This document shows, piece after piece, positions 24,925-48,301 of a stretch of DNA of 64,000 bases. The stretch comes from the human T2T-CHM13v2.0 reference genome, Homo sapiens. Each line of letters begins with the position of its first letter. The stretch's first letter is position 1. Location: assembly GCF_009914755.1 (NCBI RefSeq), contig NC_060943.1. One strand, written 5' to 3'. The notes beneath the pieces are model-generated. The model saw only the letters and a list, made by a program, of their open reading frames with translations. It did not search any database and was not told the DNA's origin. Made by a program: the position numbers and the translations under genes.

Positions 24925-25784
24925 CATTAGCTCTGCCTCTGGGCCGGTCACTGAGAGTGCAGTGGCGCGATCTCGGCTCACTGCAACCTCTGCTTCCTGG
25001 GTTCAGGCAATACTGAGATGAGTATTTTAATGCATCATGCCATTTGGTTCTTAGAACTACCCTCAGGGAGGTGATGCAATGAGCCCCATTTTCCAGACAA
25101 GGAAACAGAGGCTGGGAGGTCAAGTGACTTCCCAAGGTCACAGAGAGAGACAGTGGCTGGGCTAGGATTTGACCCCAAGTCTACCTGACATCAAAGCCAT
25201 GACAAAAGTCTCCCACTTGGGCACCTGGGTGTATGTCTGGGATTGGTGTGTGTCGGTGTGGATGGCGGGAGTTGGGTAGACAGGGTGGTGGGGTACCAAG
25301 GAATGGTCTGGAGCATGGAATTTCAGAGGAATCAGAAGTAGAGACCCTCATGGTGAGGACCTGCATTCTGGGAAGCTGCTGACAGTTCAGAGCCCAAAGA
25401 GGAGGTCAGAGGAATCCTGGGGTTGATCCTCTTTCTAGCTTCAGGGCGTCTGGTGACATCTGGGCACGGGAGCAAGGTTGGATTCTACCCTTAGACGGCA
25501 GGTCCGCTGCGAAGGAGGAGCTGGGCTTGGGGTTTGGGAGTGGGTAGTGGGGCTCCTCTGGACTTCAGTGGGACAGGGAGGGTGGGCGTGGTCTCCCTCC
25601 CTCCCAGCCCCGCCCCCTCCCCATGCCCCGCCCCAGACAGACACAGGCACATCTAGGCGGGAGGGAGGATGGTGGGTGAGGAGGGGGCGCTGGGTGGGTG
25701 GGGAGAGGGGTGCAGCGACGCGGTGGGCCGAGTCCAGACACAGAGAGGACGGACAGACAGACGGACAGACGGGACTCTACTTAC

Positions 25785-25790
25785 GATCAT
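25785..25790 (-). CDS. UNC13A: UNC13A exon 36, 6-nt microexon (Met-Ile)
   Basis: tgacag|ATGATC|gtaagt; supplies MI in DQT-MI-GNLL. Confidence 0.9.
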
Positions 25791-27071
25791 CTGTCATCCG
25801 TGATGGGGGCGGGGCGGTGGGGGAGGGGGGAATAAGGTACCATGAGTCTCCCGGGAAGGCCAGGGAGGGGGCAGAGATGGCAGCACGGAGGGGCAAGACC
25901 CCTGCCCCAGCCCAGCCCAGAGGAGGTGGAAGGATGGGAAGTCCGAGCCTCCCCGACCATCGTCGCCCATCTATGGCCCCCGCTCACCCTCCCCAAGCCT
26001 CCGTGGTCCACCTGGGAAAGACCTCCCCACTCCCTAATGTGCCCACAGCCCACATGCCATTGCTGTCCTCAGGTTCTTGATGCCTCCCGGAGGGACCCAC
26101 GCCCAGCTACATCCCTCTACAGATGTTTGGGTCCCCTTGGTCCCTAGAGATTATGGCCTCTGGTCTATCGGTCCTGGTCTCTGGATGGCCAATGATCTCT
26201 GCTTGACCTCTCTGACCTTGGATGCCCTCCATGACCTCTGGCTGACTTCCAGGAGCCCCTTGGTCTATTGATCTCTGATGTCTGAAGTCCATGGTGTCTC
26301 CCCTCTTTGGCTTTTGAATGAGCCCCAAAGCCCTTAGAAAAACCCATTGATGTCTATGCCTTCTCTTTTTTTTTTTTGTTTTTTTGAGAAAGGGTCTCGT
26401 TCTGTTGCCCAGGCTGGAGTGTGCAGTGGCGCCATCTCAGCTCACTGCAGCCTCTACCTCTTAGGTTCAAACAGTTTTCGTGCCTCAGTTTCCCAAGAAG
26501 CCAGGATCACAGGATCACACCCAGCTAATTTTTGTATTTTTAGTAGAGACGAGATTTCACCATGTTGCCCAGGCTGGTCTCGAACTCCTGACCTCAAGCA
26601 ATCTGCCCGCCTCGAGCCTCCCAAAGTGCTGGGATTGCAGGCGTGAGCCACGGTGCCTGGCCAATGTCTATGCCTTCCGTGGCTCAAGGATAACCTTGAT
26701 CCCAAAATTGACCTGTTTTCTAGATGACCTCTGACCTTTGAAAGCTATTTTGACCTACATGTGACCTCTATGACTTTAGTGGTCTCTTGACTCTACCTGA
26801 TGTCTTTGACCCCAGAGAAAATACAATGGACTCTGAATGACCTCTTTAACTCTTCGATGATCTTTAACCCCTGTGTGAACTCTCTGACCTCTGAATGGCC
26901 CCCCACTGACCTCTGGTGGCTTCCATGACCCTTGAATGGCCCTTGAGCCTGGATGACCTCTCTGAGACCGGATGCCTTTGTTCTTACCCCCCAGCCTCTA
27001 GGCACCAAGTTTTCTGGGCTCTCGCCAGGGAGGTGGCCTAAATGTCCCCTCGGGCCCCCTGCAGGTCTCAC

Positions 27072-27195
27072 CGTCTGGTCAGTGAGGGGCGGCAGGACGA
27101 TGGTTTTCTCCATGGTGTTCATAACCAGCTTCCACAGCTCCTTCAGCACTCGCTTCAGCACAGTCTTCTCACAGATTTTGGCAAAGAGGGTCAGG
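27072..27195 (-). CDS. UNC13A: UNC13A exon 35 ([10 protein letters not shown]...PLTDQT), 124 nt
   Basis: ccccag|CCTGAC ... ACG|gtgaga. Confidence 0.95.
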
Positions 27196-27689
27196 CTGGG
27201 GACGAGGGGCAGGTCTGAGAGAGGGCCCAGCTCGCCCCCACCCACAGATCACCTTCCCTTAACAGGTGGGCAAGGCATTCCACAGATAGGAAAGAGGGCC
27301 CACAGCCTGTACAGGGACCCCTGGGTGGTTTGATGGGGCTATGATATCTGATGCATGAAGAGAAGAGTGAGTGGTGGTTGGACTAGTCAGCAGGGACCAG
27401 ATGGGAAGGGGCCCCAATGTCTGGGAGGAAGGCTTGGGTTTTATCAGGATGGGGGTAGTGGGGAGCCATGGAGTGTTCAAGAGGGAGACACAGCCAGACT
27501 TTCATGTTTGAAAGAACAGTGTGGGGGATGAACCGAAACAGGAAGGATGGAGATCAGGGACTATGAGGGAGAAGGCCATGCCCAAGAGGAACAGGAGGGG
27601 AATGGTCAGAGGAGGGCAGACTTGAAAGGGAAAACAGCAAAGAGATTGTGGTTGGATGGATAGGGGTTGAAGGAGACAGGCAGTCCACC

Positions 27690-28765
27690 AAGATCCATCC
27701 ACCAACTGATCCAGTCACCCACCAATCCATCCCTCCCCCAGTGGTCCTTAATTCTCTATTTCTTTTTCTATCCATCCATCCATCCATCTGTTCATCCATC
27801 CATCCTTCCATGCATCCTTCTACCCATCCATCCACTTATCCATTTATCTATCCATCCACCTGTCCATTCATCCATCTGTCCATCCATCTATGCATCAAAA
27901 CATTTATTCATCCATCCAAATATTTCTCACCTATTAATCCATCCATCCATCGACCCACTCATCCACCCACCCCCCCATCTGTCCAACCATTTATGCATCA
28001 AAACATTTATTTATCCATCCAAATATTTATCCACCTATATCTATCCAGCATCCATCCATCTACCCACCCACCCATCCAACCATCCATTCATCCATCCACC
28101 CATCTGTCCATCCATTTATGCATTAAAACATTTATTCAATGATCTAAATATCTATTGACCTATCCATCCATCCATTCATCCATCCATCCATCCAGCCAGC
28201 CAGACAGACATCTATGCATCAATCCATCTATACATCAAAACATTTATTCATTCATCCAAATATTTATCCACCTATCTATCCATCCATCTACCCACCCATC
28301 CATTTATTCATCCATCCACCCATCTGTCCATCCATTTATGCATCAAAACATTTATTCATCCATCCAAATATTTATCCACATATCCAACCATTTATCCATC
28401 CATCCATCCATCCATCCATCCATCCATCCATCCATCGTCCATCCAACCATCCATCAAGCCAGCCTGCCAGACATCCATCCATCTAAGCATCAATCCATCT
28501 ATGCATCAAAACATTTATTAATCCATCCAAATATTTACCCAACTATCCACCCATCCATCTTTTTAAAACATCTATCCTCCCTCTATCCTTCTAAACATTT
28601 ATCTTTTAATCCATGCGTCCACCCACCTACCCATCCCTCATGTCACCTATTCATCCACCATTCATTCATCCACACAAATATTTACTCACCAATCCTTCCA
28701 ATTATTTACCCACCCAACTTTCCATCCCCTTCATGCCACCATCTACTCAGCCATCCAACTATCCA
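27690..28765. repeat. Degenerate (CATC/TCCA)n array in intron 34, GAUG-rich in the pre-mRNA
   Basis: catccatcc repeats with a higher-order unit tatgcatcaaaacatttatt..atccaaatattt. Confidence 0.95.
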
Positions 28766-28874
28766 GTGACCACCCAGCAAACATTCCCTGCACACCCTCT
28801 CCAGCCAGTCCCTGGGTCTCTATGGCCCTGCCCCAGCCCCTCCCCGGCCAGCCCAGTCCACCTGGCCCAGCTCA

Positions 28875-29051
<177 letters not shown>

Positions 29052-29751
29052 TCAGACCACAGGAAGGGCTGGATGAGGACACAGATGCTGATCTGTGGTC
29101 CTTGAGGTCATATCATTTGCATCACAGCACATAACCGAGCAAGAATGGAGAACAGGCCAGATGCGGTGGCTCACGCCTTTAATCCAAGCACTTTGGGAGG
29201 CCAAGGCGGGCGGATCACGAGGTCAAGAGATCGAGACCACCCTGGCCAACATGGTGAAACCCTGTCTCTACTAAAAATACAAAAATTAGCTGGGTGTGGT
29301 GGCATGCACCTGTAGTCCCAGCTACTTGAACCCAGGAAGTGGAGGGTGCAGTGAGCCGAGATCGCGCCACTGCACTCCAGCCTGGTGACAGAACGAGACT
29401 TCGTCTCAAAAAAAAAAAAAGAGTGGAAAATAGTAACTGCAGAACCAGGCAAAGGGATAAGACATTTGCCCGCATTGTTCATTTCATTCTCAAAATCCTA
29501 CCCAGGTACTATTATTGTCATCACCCCAAATTTACAGAGCAATAAAAAAAAAAATAAGGCTCAGAGAAGTTAAGTGACTCACCCAAGGCCACACAGCTAG
29601 TAAGCAGTAAAGCCAAGATTTGAACTCAGCCTTGTCTAACTCTGAGCCTGCAATCTTCACCTCTACATCTGCTGAGCCTCCAGATGCCCCAGGCTTAGAG
29701 GGCTGAAGGCTGTTCCCTCCCCACTGCCCCCAGCCCTGGAGATGCTCCCAC

Positions 29752-29840
29752 CTGGTAGCAAACACCCGGCTGAGCTCATCCAAGACGTTATTGAGTTTCA
29801 CCTGAAGCTCCTTCAGGATGTCACTGGCTTCAGCATCCAG
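29752..29840 (-). CDS. UNC13A: UNC13A exon 33 ([10 protein letters not shown]...RVFAT), 89 nt
   Basis: ccttag|CTGGAT ... ACCAG|gtggga. Confidence 0.95.
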
Positions 29841-30036
29841 CTAAGGAGGGAGAAGGGACACCAGGCCAGGTTCAGTAAGTATCCACATGTACTGGGCATT
29901 TTCTCATCTGACCCAGGGAAAGGGATCCCAAGGGGCTGCAGGGGAAACTGAGGCACAGACCGTTATGCTGCAAGCCTGGGTTTAAGGCCATGGTTGAGCT
30001 GGAATTCATCCCCAGGCCTGGTGGCATATGAGCTCA

Positions 30037-30240
<204 letters not shown>

Positions 30241-30529
30241 CTACCCACCGCCAGGGACCTTGGGATGGTTTCAGGGTCTGGGTCTGGAGGAAGCTGGGGT
30301 CCCATGGGGTCACCTGCAAATGGAAGGGAGCTTTTGTGCTCAGGTTCCTGGGCGTGTTGTTGGGGCGGGCATCTCTGGGGACTGGTGGGGGCAAGGAGGA
30401 CTCAAGTAATCCCACGACCCCAGGCCTGGTGGGGGGTCCATGAGAGGGGCTGGGAACTCTGGGAGTAGCAGAGTTTCCTGCAAGAGCCCAAAGCTTTGCA
30501 GCTCACACCCTGAAGGCTTCATTTGCAAC

Positions 30530-31390
30530 AGCCAGACAGTGACACACTGAAGGCGTGTGCCCTCACCCCGAGATATACACACGAGACCCCCCCCACAGAT
30601 ACACACACTCAGACATGCACAGCCAGACACAGCCATAGACACACACTCACACCACGCACATTCAACACCGCCATACCAAACCTGGTGAGACACACCCACC
30701 CAGACGTGCACAAACACACACACACACTCACACTATATGCAGTTAACTCAGCCAGACAAAACACGGTCACACACACCCAGACATGCACAGCTGGACACAC
30801 ACACAAGCATACACACACTCACACTATAACCAGTTAACACAGCTAGATAAAATATGAGACACACACCTAGATGTGTTGTATAGTTGAACACACATACTCA
30901 CACATACATACACTCACACTATACCCGGTTAACACAGATGAAACATGGCTAGATACCCACACTCAGATATGTACAGACACACACAGATACACACATTCAT
31001 GTTATACCCAGTTAACACAGCCAGACGAAACACAATCACACAGATACACACACTCATGTTATACCCAGTTAACACAACCAGACGAAACACAATCACACAC
31101 GCACACTCAGACGTGCACAGTTGGACTCACACACACATTCATGCCATACCCTGTTAACAAAGCCAGACAAAACATGATCAGACACGCACACTCAGATGTG
31201 CACAGACTCACACACACACACACACGCAGAGTATACCAGTCAACACAGACAATACACAGTCAGACACATGCACTTACTTCCCATACACTCAGACACACAC
31301 AACTAGATACACTCTGATCACACACATTCAAACAAGCACCTCTAAACACACAGACAATCCAGTCAGATCACACACAGGTGGACATACATA
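30530..31390. repeat. Degenerate (CA)-rich array in intron 31, UG-rich in the pre-mRNA
   Basis: acacacac tracts with a recurring cagttaacacagccagac unit. Confidence 0.92.
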
Positions 31391-31476
31391 GCCCCAGGTG
31401 TCAGGGCCCTGGGGAGAAGGGAGTCCTGGGGATGCTGAATGGGGCTGAGGAGGGAGATAGGTCAGGGGCCCCCTCA

Positions 31477-31668
<192 letters not shown>

Positions 31669-31899
31669 CTATTAGGACCTAAGATGGGCCTTTGGGCTAG
31701 GCAAATTCTCCACTCAAGATGACCATCAAGACCTAGAGGAGATACCGCTCGATGAAGATGATCATTTTATGTAGACCCAGCTCTTTTTCAGAGCAACCAA
31801 GCATCATATTAACCCAGCCTCAACCACAAGATGACCTGATCTCAAATCAAAAGCCAATTCCTACTTGTAATTCCCAAGGTCAACACAGCCTAATGCCAA

Positions 31900-32666
<767 letters not shown>

Positions 32667-32896
32667 TTAGAGTCAACTCTAGAGGTGGACGCAGAAGCCA
32701 TGGGGTGCCTGGAGGTGTCCGGCTTGATGGAACTCACATTTTGTAGTTGATGAATGAACAAAAGATTTTAAAAACCATGAGCAAGACAAAGATGGCGGAC
32801 ACCTACCAGAGACTGGCCTCATCTCAAGGGCAAATTTCCACCTAAATTGACCCCAGTGGGAAGATTAGGAACTTGGTTGTGGGTGGGCCTTCTTAC

Positions 32897-32993
32897 CCCA
32901 TCCTTCTTGTCTCGCTCCAGGGCACCGTGCAGGAAATCCCGGGACACCTCCTCATTCTCATCCAGCCACTGGATGACGAAGGGTTCAAACCAT
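32897..32993 (-). CDS. UNC13A: UNC13A exon 29 ([11 protein letters not shown]...DKKDG), 97 nt
   Basis: ttccag|ATGGTT ... GGG|gtaaga. Confidence 0.95.
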
Positions 32994-33273
32994 CTGGAAT
33001 GAAGAGCCGGGGTGGGGCTCTGCCACCTCTTGTCCTCCTCAACCTCTGCGCCGCCTGGTTCTGACCCACTAACGAGTGGAGCTATGGCTGCTCCTGCTCT
33101 GCCTGGAGCTCTCCCTGCAGCCTTGAGTGGCTGCTCCTCTGCTCGCCTCCTGCACTGAACCTCAGTTACTTTGCTCATGAAATAGATTGAGTGGCCCCTT
33201 TTACAACAGGGCCCAGGCCTGTGGGAATCCTAGTTCAGATAAGCTGCCCATGGCAAGTGGGTTTATTCTCTGA

Positions 33274-34882
<1,609 letters not shown>

Positions 34883-35191
34883 ATTTGGCATCTTTAACTC
34901 TCCAATTTCTCCTCCGCAAAATAGGAATTAAAATGATCCCACCTTAACTCATAGAATTGTCAAAAGGATAAAATGAGAAAGTCACATGGTTCCTGTTGCT
35001 GTTGACTGTGAATTTTCTGGGCTGTAGGAGTCAACTGCTCAATGGCTGAGAGTGGAGAACACTGGATTCAAGCCCCACCCATGCCCCTGATGCCCAGGTA
35101 ACCCTAAGTAGGTCAGTCTTCCTCTCTGGCTTTCCTTCTAGCTGTCAGTGCTACAGTTCTGGCTTGGGTTGGGCCTGGGGCAGGGGACTTA

Positions 35192-36752
<1,561 letters not shown>

Positions 36753-36769
36753 CCTTTTTTTTTATTTAG

Positions 36770-36988
<219 letters not shown>

Positions 36989-36991
36989 TGA

Positions 36992-37234
<243 letters not shown>

Positions 37235-37509
37235 TAGCTGGGATTACAGACGTGTACCACCACGCCCGGTTAATTTTTGTTTTGTTTTTTCTGTTTTTTT
37301 TGAGACGGAGTCTCACTCTGTTGCCCAGGCTGGAGTGCAGTGGCCAATCTCGGCTCACTGCAAGCTCCACCTCCTGGGTTCACGCCATTCTCCTGCCTCA
37401 GCCTCCCGAGTAGCTGGGACTACAGGCGCCCACCACCACTCCCGGCTAATTTTTGTATTTTTAGTAGAGACAAGGTTTCACCATGTTAGCCAGGATGGTC
37501 TCCATCTGA

Positions 37510-37707
<198 letters not shown>

Positions 37708-38434
37708 TGACCCCATCTGTTTATTAATCCATCCATTCATCCACCCACCCTTCAATCCATCCAAATCCCTGATCTTAATTCCCTAACCAGGATATGTTAA
37801 CGCCCCAAAGCTAGAGTCCTCTCTAGCACTCATCTGGCAGAGAAATAGAACACAGTAGCTCATTCAGCTAACACAGATGAAAATTCTACAGACATATAAA
37901 TCCACAAATGAAAACTGTGCCCATATTCATACACAATACACAATATTGTATATTGTACAATATTGTACGTTGAATTGCATTCAATGATTTTACACATATA
38001 CAAATTAAACCCAAAACCCACTGACCACAACAATATACAAAATTACTTACATCCATACATATAAGATATAATGCAATTTAAATGTATGATATGTATTAGG
38101 GTAGCACATAGTAATACTTGAGCAACACTATTATTAATTAACCTACATACACATAAAAAATTATACACATATGTACACACAGTTATGCATGCAAATGAAT
38201 ACATACAAAATACATGTCTGATTATACCAGTGATTGTGAACATACACACAATTTTATGTTTATGTTTGCAAATTGTACCCATATTTGAATTTTGCACAGG
38301 TATAATCAGACCCACAATTACCCCCAGGTGCACATTTGTGTAATTAGACAAAATCATCTTGACACACAAGACACAAAGTTGTATACATACACACGATGAC
38401 ACCCAGATAATTAACTACACAGATACACAACTCA

Positions 38435-38629
<195 letters not shown>

Positions 38630-39678
38630 TTATTACTGAAGAACAAGAGGTTTTAGAGGAATGCATCCCATCATCATGTGTATGGTTCAGGTAAGAAATC
38701 TATATAGAGAGGAATTGAACTCATAAACTGGCCCAAACAGAGCTCATGTCAATGCAGCTTGATAAAGCTTAAGATTTTTAGACTCCACTCTAAAAGTGAA
38801 TGGAAATAAATGAAACCAAATTTAGTTGAACAAACCCAGCTCCACTAAACCAAATGGAAATGAAATGAATGCAAATTAAGCCCACTTAGCTTAACGGAAG
38901 TAAGTTCTTCCTCTGAGTTAAATCAATGGAACTGAACTTGGGCCAATCACACTGAATGGAGTGCAATTCAACCTAACTGGATTGAATTAAACTCAAATGA
39001 ATTCCGTTGGATTGAACCTAATCAACTTGTCCAAGATCAACATCAACCCAAATCAAAATAATGGAAATAAATCGACTCGAACTCAACTCTACCCAAGTCA
39101 ACCCAATCCGATTCTACCTATCTAAACCCAACTGAACATACGCAGGGCAATTCAACCCACCTTTGTTAATCAATGGAAATGAATATAATCAGCTGAAATT
39201 AGCCCAATTCAACCCAATTCAACTGAAATCAATTGCATCTAATCCAACAACCCAGTTCATCCTAACTCAAGACAATTTAACCCAGTTGAGAACAACTTGA
39301 CTTGAATGTAAATGAACTAAATGGAAATGAATGAATTTGTACTCAATAAAACTCAATGCAATCAACCAACTTGTTCTTCTCTCTATTTTTTTTTTTTTTC
39401 TTTCAAGAGACAGAGTCTCATTCTGTCACCCAGGCTGGAGCGCAGTGGTGCAATCATGGCTCACCATAGACTCGAACTCCTGGGCTCAAGTGATCCTTCC
39501 ACCTCAGCCTCCAAAGTAGCCAGGACTACAGGTGCGCCACCACACCTGGCTAATTTTTGTATATTTTGCAAAGATAGGGTCTCGCTATGTTGCCCAAACT
39601 GGTCTCGAGCTCCTGGCCTCAAGGGATCCTCCTGCCTCAGCCTCCTAAAGTGCTGACATTACAGGTGTGAGCCACTGA

Positions 39679-39888
<210 letters not shown>

Positions 39889-40357
39889 TAGTAGAGACGG
39901 GGTTTCACTGTGTTAGCCAGGATGGTCTCGATCTCCTGACCTCATGATCCACCCACCTCGGCCTCTCAAAGTGCTGGGATTACAGGCGTGAGCCACTGTG
40001 CCTGGCCGTCAAGAACAATTTTAACTTAAGTCAACCAAATAGAAATAAATATAACTAAACTGATTATGGTTGAACTAAACAATCTAATTTAATCCAGTTC
40101 ACCTCAACTCAATTCAAATGAGAGTGAGACTGATTCCAACTCTAGTCAACTGAATGTAAAGGAACAGAATGAAATCAAATTGAACTGAACACAGCTTATG
40201 TGTTATATCCTATCAGAACCTGGGTAGGGGCTGCCTCCAGCTCCCACAGCCTCCTGAGATCCCACTATCTCAATACTAACCATCCCTGTTTGTAAATTTC
40301 CAGTTTGTACATCTTTCCCTCATAATAGGCTATAAGCTCCTTACAGGTGGTGGCTCA

Positions 40358-40630
<273 letters not shown>

Positions 40631-40832
40631 TCAATTCAACTCAACATTTACTGAACAGTGACTGTATGCCAGACATAAATTTTTATGCCAGGCTGGGAGT
40701 GGTGGCTCACGCCTATAATCTCAGTACTTTGGGAGGCCGAGGCAGGTGGATCACCTGAGGTCAAGGAGTTCGAGACCAGCCTGGCCAACATGGTGAAACC
40801 CCGTTTTTACTAAAAATACAAAAAATTAACTA

Positions 40833-40973
<141 letters not shown>

Positions 40974-41228
40974 TCAAAAAAAAAAAATTTTTTTTTATGC
41001 CAAACTCAACTACGCAACCAAATGTACTGAGTGCCGACTATATTTTATCTAAACTTACAGCTCATGAACTCTTCTCCCTAATCCTGAGATGTGGGTTAAT
41101 GACCCCATTTTATAGAAGAAGATACTGAGGTTCAGAAGAGTTAAATCCCTCGGGAAGGGGCAGGGCTGGGACTGAAGCCTGTGTCTAGTTGGCATCACTG
41201 TTCCCTTCTGACCCATCTGGAGTCTCAC

Positions 41229-41363
41229 CGGGTCTGTCTGGTACTCCCGGCTGTACAGTTCATGGCAGTTATTGAAGATGTACTCGTAGGTAGAATTAAG
41301 GCAGGCTTTCACACAGTCCTTTACCACCTGGCTGGCTCGGGGCGGGCTCTGGAGTTCTTGTAC
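41229..41363 (-). CDS. UNC13A: UNC13A exon 25 (VQELQSPP...EYQTDP), 135 nt
   Basis: cttcag|GTACAA ... CCG|gtgaga. Confidence 0.95.
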
Positions 41364-41512
41364 CTGAAGGGAGGGAGAGAGGCATAGGCGGCCACAGCTG
41401 TGACAGGAGGTCCCCAGGAAGTGACTGCGAGTCATTTTGGGTTTAAGGAAATGAAGTGGTATGAAAGGAAAAGGTTACTGAGAAAGGCTGCCACTCTCCA
41501 GGAGGAATGTCA

Positions 41513-41698
<186 letters not shown>

Positions 41699-41766
41699 TT
41701 ATGGAAGAAGGCGTGGGGAGGATGGGAGACTGCTTTTCAGGGGGATACAAAGGCTCCCCGGTTTCA

Positions 41767-42120
<354 letters not shown>

Positions 42121-42160
42121 CTACTGTACAGTAAGTATACCTCATCCACCACCCTCATAA

Positions 42161-42536
<376 letters not shown>

Positions 42537-42590
42537 TGACTGGTGGAAAGTCACACAGCAATCAGGTCTAGACTGGGGACCCAGAAGTCA

Positions 42591-42830
<240 letters not shown>

Positions 42831-42991
42831 CTAGGCCAGGGGTCCAGCCAGGATGGACCAAGATCCCCCCTAGAATGCCTCCAAGATAGCATCTGTGAGT
42901 GGGTCTCTGTCACCTCCTAAACCATCCCCTGCCTGATTCTGTCCTTTGGGTCTCCGCATCTCCTCTCCCCTCCATCTTTATATCCATTTGA

Positions 42992-43258
<267 letters not shown>

Positions 43259-43533
43259 TGATCCGCCCACCTCAGCCTCCTAAAATGCTGGGATTACAGG
43301 CTTGAGCCACTGTGCCCAGCCTCTATCTCTGCTTCTAAGTCTTCCCTCTCTTCCATGTCACTCCAGGTGTCAATCACAGCGCTCTCCTGATCTCCAGGGG
43401 AATTACGGAACCCACCACCACCACGCCCACTTCCTCTCTGGGTCTTCCCCCTGAGAATCCCTCCCACCCCAGACCTGCCAGTGCCCACTTGGTGACCTCC
43501 CTCTTGTTTCCTGCACCCCAGCCTGCAGTCTCA

Positions 43534-43776
<243 letters not shown>

Positions 43777-44571
43777 TTACATCATCCATCTGCCTGTTTA
43801 TTCATTAATTCATTCATCTACTCTTTTATCCATCCACACACCCACCCATCTAACTACCCCAAATTTCACCCATCCACTCTTCCAACCTTTCAGTAATTCA
43901 ACCACACATCCATCCATCCATCCATTCATCCATCCCATACATTGATCCGCAACTTAATCCACCTACCCAATCATTCATTCTTTCATACAACCAACCATCC
44001 ATCCACCCATCAATTTATCCACCCATCCATTTTTCGTCTGTCCACCAGCCACTCACAACCATCCATCTAAATATTCAGAAATTATGAACCCAATTATCAA
44101 TACTTGCAATAGTTCAACCACACATCCTTCCATTCATCCACCCACCCATTCATCCATTTGTCCATCTGCCTATACATCCATCCATCCATCCATCCATCCA
44201 TCCATCCATCCATCTACCTATCTACCCATCTGACTATCAACAAATTCACCTATCTACTCAATCTTCCTTCTAATAACTCAACCACACTTCCATCCATCCC
44301 ATCCAATACAACTTAATCTGCTCATCCAACATTTCATCTATCCACCCAGTCAATCATCTATCCAGCAATCTATCTATCCACTCATCAAGTTATCCATCCA
44401 TCATTCATCTATACTCATCCATCATCTAACAATTACCCCCAAATTCACCCATCCATACATCTATACTTTCAATAGTTCAATCATATATCCATCCATCTGT
44501 CCATCCATCCATCATCCATCTAGCCACGAATCTACCCACCAACTCATCCATCTATCCATCCATGTACTCAC

Positions 44572-45655
<1,084 letters not shown>

Positions 45656-46302
45656 TAGTAGAGACAAGGTTTCACCATGTTGGCCAGGCTGGTCTCGAAC
45701 TCCTGACCTCAGGTGATCCGCCCGCCTCGGCCTCCCAAGGCAATTTTTAATAGATACACGATTCTGTAGTCCTCCCAGACTTCCGGAAACTAAGGCTTTG
45801 GTGTCTCTCTTCTGATTGGCTCCCTAGGCTTGAGTCTCCCTGTTTAGGCTAGAATTCCTTAAGCCCTGTCTCTTCCTTCAAACAAGGATCCCAGACCTTG
45901 CTTCTTCACTCAGATTAAGTTCCTGGCTATGTGCCTCCCTCCTTAGACTAGCAGCCCTAGGCCCCACTTCTTTCCCAGTCTGAGCTCCCAGGCCCTGCCT
46001 CCCCCATCAGATCATGCTCCCCGGAGACTACACATCTTAGACACTGTTCCTGGGTCTGTGCCTCTCTCCTCAGACTAGGACCCCCTGGTCTTGTCTCCCA
46101 CCTCCCCCATCAGAATGGGATATCTAGATGTCCTCCAATCTAAGAGGTTTCCGGGCTCTGCTCACCTCTCTCAGGCTGGGTCCTTTCTACCCCCTCAGAT
46201 TAGGCTCATACACCCTGCTTCCTCCATTAGATTGGACTCCCCAGATTCTACTCAACTTCCTTACACAGGGTTCTTTGATCTGTAGCAGCCATCTCAGATT
46301 AG

Positions 46303-46524
<222 letters not shown>

Positions 46525-46779
46525 TAATGGAGACAAAGGCCTTGTTATGTTGCCCAGGCTGGTCTCGAACTCCTGGGCTCAAGTGACCCTCCCAGCTCAG
46601 CCACCCAACCAATATGTTGGGATAACAGGTGGGAGCCACCATGCCCAGCCTGGATTCCATTTTTTTTTCTTTTTCTTTTGTTTTTTTTTTTTTTTGAGAC
46701 GGAGTCTTCCTTTGTTGCCCAGGCTGGAGTGCAGGGGCTTGATCTCGCCATGTTGGACAATCTGGTCTCAAACTCCTGA

Positions 46780-47005
<226 letters not shown>

Positions 47006-47183
47006 TAGCTAATTTTTGTATCTTTTATAGAGATGGGGTTTCACTATGTTGCCCAGGCTGGTCTTGAACTCCTGGACTCAAGTGATTGGCCTGCCTCAGC
47101 CTCCCATAGTGATAGGATTAATTACAGATGTGAGCCACTGCCCGGCGCCCCCAGCCTGGATTCTTTTTTTTTTTTTTTTTTGA

Positions 47184-47498
<315 letters not shown>

Positions 47499-47677
47499 TA
47501 GATTTAGTTCCTAGGTCTCTGTCTCCCCCCTCAGACTAGGATTCCCAGTTCTTGCTTCTTGCCTCCCCCATTAGACTAGAACATGGAGATTCTGTCCCCA
47601 CCCTCCCTCCTAAGCTGAACTAAGAGGTTCCTGGGCTCTGCTCACCCTCCTGGCCTGGGTGCTTCCTGCTCCCATCA

Positions 47678-48121
<444 letters not shown>

Positions 48122-48124
48122 TTA

Positions 48125-48301
<177 letters not shown>

